A stretch of DNA of 64,000 nucleotides from Takakia lepidozioides (taxonomy: Eukaryota; Plantae; Bryophyta). Made by a program: the position numbers and the translations under genes. Of the stretch, positions 59,984 through 64,000 are shown piece after piece (position 1 is the first letter of the stretch; each line of letters opens with the position of its first letter). Under the pieces are notes generated by a model that saw only the letters and a program-made list of their open reading frames with translations, was not told where the DNA came from and searched no databases. The stretch is taken from contig CM060733.1 in assembly GCA_030704615.1 (NCBI GenBank), forward strand, positions 32,550,001-32,614,000, written 5' to 3'.

Positions 59984-62900
59984 TCAAAATCGGGCATTGT
60001 TGGGTATCCGTGTCATGCCTGAAGCACTCACATTATGTCTTCGCCGATAGTATACAAGGGGCGAACACAAAGCCAGTGACGCTATGACAATGCCCTGTCA
60101 AACAAAGGAAAAACAAGTCAATCCCTTACTTCATAAGTGGTTTTCATTTTAGTATCAGACTGCTGGAAGCTAGATAGAAAAGATCCTAAAATTATGTAAT
60201 ATCAACCCAGCCATATATCTTGACACAGGGTCTCAAGAGCCAGATTTTGCACTAAGTCGCTGAATGATGGGTCTGGGTCATTCCTTGTTACTGAGTCAAC
60301 ATACAACAGATGGCCCAGTGCTTAGGGCACAAGGTAGCCTTACAAGCGACCCGTGACCTCCTCTCCCTATGTGCAGGACCATTGCCTCCCCCTTTTAAGA
60401 TGGGCAACTGGAGGCTTAGAACACAAAAGGTCAGCTCCATATGAGGGGCACAATCTGCCAAGCCTGAAGAAAATCGTATTCCTACTTGACTGTCCATTTC
60501 CAAGCACCTGAGGGTCAAATCCCTCCAATGGAATTTGCTGTTCATCGCCACTGGAAACTACTCTAAAAGACTGCACAAGATCTGTCCTCAATGCTATTCC
60601 AGGCACCCCTACTGAGATTTTCCCACAACCAGTGCTTGTCCACTGGAGGAGGGCTTAATGTAGGGCAGGGAAAACGGCTCTTGTAGACAAATATAATAGC
60701 TGAATTTGGTTGATAACATGCCAACAGACAGATCTCCCCTTTCGTAAGTACTACCCCAAGCTCACATACATACTAGGAAGACAGATAGCTCCATCACGAG
60801 TGAGGCTTGTAGCTGAAAGCCCAAAGTACTGCATAAGCATCTTTCACATATCAATTTTATCCAAAAATGAAACCGGGGTAATTATTAAGAGGCACACCTT
60901 TACTCCCAAACCCATGCCCACACTTTGTTTTGATAGAGTACTACATCAACTTCCACAACAGGAAATAAGAGAGCAAAAGGACATAATACATCCTCACAGC
61001 TTTTCTACATTATAGAGTTGCCATGCCAAAGGTAGACTTTATCTTGCTCTTTCCTAGAGTGCCCCCAATATTGTGTTGACAGTTTGTTCTGGTGAAGTAC
61101 TGCGCCCCTCCCACTCACAGAGCTATTCCTCTCCCCTTCTTTTTCATCTAGCATCCCTCAGATCACCATTGGTATGCATAATACTGCTCTTCAATATCTC
61201 AAGTCCAATAAATGTATATGACTCGACAGCTCACCTCAAATTGCAACACAGTGAATTTATCTTCCTTTGGCTCTGCAGGTCTGCAGACCTTATAGGTATG
61301 GTAGACACGCAACCCAGATTCGAGTGTAAAGTTTGGAACCTCCAAATGTGTATCTCCCTCCCTTGACTGCAGCCGTCGACGTTCATGCAACTCTTCAACT
61401 ACTTTATCAACGTCCTCCATCTCTTTCTTTTGTCTGGCCTCACTTTCGCTCGTCCTTATCTCTGTTGAGGCATCTCCTTTGCCAGCTTTATTGACACCCA
61501 GAATGAACCCAAATGTAAGGCACTGGCACAACATTTGTAGGACCAATGCATATGAAACAAGCATACACACAGCAACCACAGCCAGCCAGAACAGGTGAAG
61601 ATGTCAATGATGCAAAGGGAAATGCATAGATTTCCATCTGATGGATCATGGGTCACCTAAGGCTGGCAAGGAGATTAACTAAAATAGCATCACTGACTCT
61701 GAGATGCTACACCCGACCACAATAGTTATGAGATTTTTTTACAGAACACTGTGCGGAAGAGGCAGAACACCAACTGACCTGAACAAGATCTAACATGGCT
61801 GCTACATAAACCTGTAAATATCTGCAAAACTACTAAAACCCTAATGAATTTCAAGTCAAAAGCCAAGTTCCAAAAATTACATGGTTTTCTGTCTGGTCCT
61901 GTGTGCGGTCAGCACGGATCATTTGCCCATGCAGTGCAGCTGGAGGAACTCAGTCTGCAAGGCAGTTGCGGGGAAAAAGACTCGTACACTTAAGCAACCC
62001 TTCCTACCATGGTACATGCTAATAGAGAAAATCATCTTCTAACACTGACCACTGAATTCTTCGGTTTCAGTGCCTTCATGCGTGGATAGGTCCACCTTCT
62101 CCTCAATCTTCGTTTTCATCTCCACACATTTGTACGGCTGATGGTAGCCCGATGTCTTGCAGGAATACTTGTCTGCTTGCTGCCATTCAGTGGAAAACAC
62201 AACATTAGAAAAGGATAGTCCCTGGTGTAGGGCCAACGACTCAGCTCGGACACTTCAGTATCAGAATATACTCATGCCGTTCCCTGCGAATGTTGGCTTG
62301 CCATAGCCTTACAGCCATTGACCTCTTAGGTGTCAGAGAGGGTAGGGACGAGAGAGGGAGTGAGAAGAAAGAAGCGTGTCCAAGGGAGGCTGAAGGGCAA
62401 CCAGAGAGGAAGATAAGTAGGGAGGGATATCAAACAATCATTTGATTGCAAATGACAAACGTGACTGGAAAAAGAGCTAGTGCAGCAATCCCACATCTGT
62501 GAGTTTGAGGAATATGTGATCACCTTCTCAAAGTGGGAGCAGGGCATACAAGGGCCTGATGGCTTGCACATGAAACTGCTGTTTCCTTGGCTCTCCTTGT
62601 AAATGGTCTCATGCTCTTCATTCCTACACCAGAACAGTGTTATCATAGAGTAGCTTAAAGGTACACAGGACTCCAGCAGTAAGCTAATAATAAGCTTAAG
62701 TTGAATAAAGAGCTCGCTCCTTACCTCTCAAACTAAGATTGCCCCTCCTACACAAAGGAAACAATTTACCACACATAATGCTTTTGTGAACAAAAATCTG
62801 AGCGATAGGTCTTCATTTGCATACTTGTGACTGCTTCTGCAACTTTCAGATTCAGTCTGTCAAGCAGGATTAGAGTCTACTAAAATTGCCCAGAGCACTC

Positions 62901-63986
62901 TGCAAACGTGGCTTGCCTAGGTTGGATGCCATGAGGGTACCATGATGTTGAGAGAGTCATCAGGAGTTAAAGTTTGGTGTGGGCTCACCCCCAACCAAGC
63001 TTCTTCACCCGGTTGCTGCCTACAATTAGGTACAGTAGGTTCAATCCTCTGAAGAGATTGTCACCAGGTTGTGACCAAACACTGTGAGGTCTGTTCCTGC
63101 CTTCTCAGAAAGTCTTGCTGAATGCAGAATGATACTCACTTCCCTTCCTGATTTGATGAGCTCAGTGCACTAAACACCCCAGTGACTGACAACGTGCAGA
63201 GCAAACATTATGCCAATTTCAAAACCCCAAACATCAACAATGTGGATATGTCACCCAAACAAGGAATAGCCATTTCTATGCCTTCCACTTCTATACTTGC
63301 AAGTTTAGATCTATTGGCCTCGTTCTCCTCCAGCATTCGTACTTTTACACTGGGAAAGTGATCAAAATAAGATAAAGATCGCTACAGAGCCTCACAATAT
63401 TGCAATTGAGCATTTGCAGACTCCATGCCAAGGGCTGGGAATGATAATCTGACGTATTGCCTCAGGGGCATTCAATGACAACAACCCAGAGGTCTTTTAA
63501 GTATCATCGATTCTATAGACCGTGTTTACTTAAATGATCATCACTCCATCTACAGATAACCTCCCATGCAGAGACCTTCTTATTGTATCTTTATTGGAAT
63601 TCGAACTAATGTTGTTTCCCATTTGCATGAAGTTCATGATAAATTCTGTTGATGAAGTGCCATGTAATTAAAAAGAGTCCCTACAGCGGTCAAGAAAGCT
63701 GCTTTTGGCCTAGCTTCTATGTGTTCAGAGCAACAGCCATGTGGATCACGACTTAGAAGTAATAGAAATAGCCCGTACAAGAACCTCCAGGAGACTTCAA
63801 AACGCTACTATGATTCCTGACAAATGCCTGAGGACTTCACAACCCACGGCATCTGGCAGGGAAGAGGGAGTACCAGGCAAGGAAGAGAGCAGAACAAGTC
63901 CAAGGACTTAGGCACAGCATAGCCAGCATGCACAGCAACACCACCAGCGCCAGGCCAAACCGATTGCGACTCCATATCTGGGCCAT
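59984..63986 (-). CDS. JTB-like (jumping translocation breakpoint-type) Cys-rich single-pass membrane protein, multi-exon
   Basis: Exon 1 is a signal peptide, MAQIWSRNRFGLALVVLLCMLAMLCLSPWTCSALFLAW (ATG 63986). Later exons: CKPSGPCMPCSHFEK, DKYSCKTSGYHQPYKCVE, VYHTYKVCRPAEPKEDKFTVLQFE, and last exon 60094-59984 GIVIASLALCSPLVYYRRR..RIPNNARF*. Confidence 0.75.
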
Positions 63987-64000
63987 CTTCTTCCACCCCT

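Noticed and set aside
63808-63996. 62-aa ORF from the track
   Set aside because: Wrong frame; the signal-peptide exon starts at ATG 63986 in another frame and splices in phase to the next exon.

Overview
Nuclear DNA of a land plant, most likely a non-seed plant such as a bryophyte (inferred from an intronless EIN3/EIL gene, a long PLS-E-DYW editing factor and a SARAF-like gene). Host genes: EIN3/EIL (1837-3738, +), a SARAF-like single-pass membrane protein (-), a PLS-E-DYW PPR editing factor whose long exon starts in an OSB-type PDF motif (-), a multi-exon P-class mitochondrial-type PPR gene (-) and a JTB-like small membrane protein gene (-). Positions ~0.7-39 kb are mostly transposon-derived: Helitron, CACTA, PIF/Harbinger and L1 remnants, plus two copies of an unusual Ty3/Gypsy element. 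This element (full copy 8152-19218, 3'-truncated copy 20525-28890) is the main finding. It encodes Gag-protease-DNMT3-like cytosine methyltransferase, then an in-frame stop in a CARYYA read-through context in both copies, then RT-RNaseH-DDE integrase-PHD finger. Its primer-binding site is complementary to its own LTR, as expected for self-priming. Its terminal repeats are split and permuted (A1-internal-PPT-B1-GC-A2-B2) around the palindrome GACAGCTGTC, with a 4-bp TSD, suggesting integration of a circular intermediate opened inside the LTR. All family assignments are from motif recognition by eye; no searches were run.
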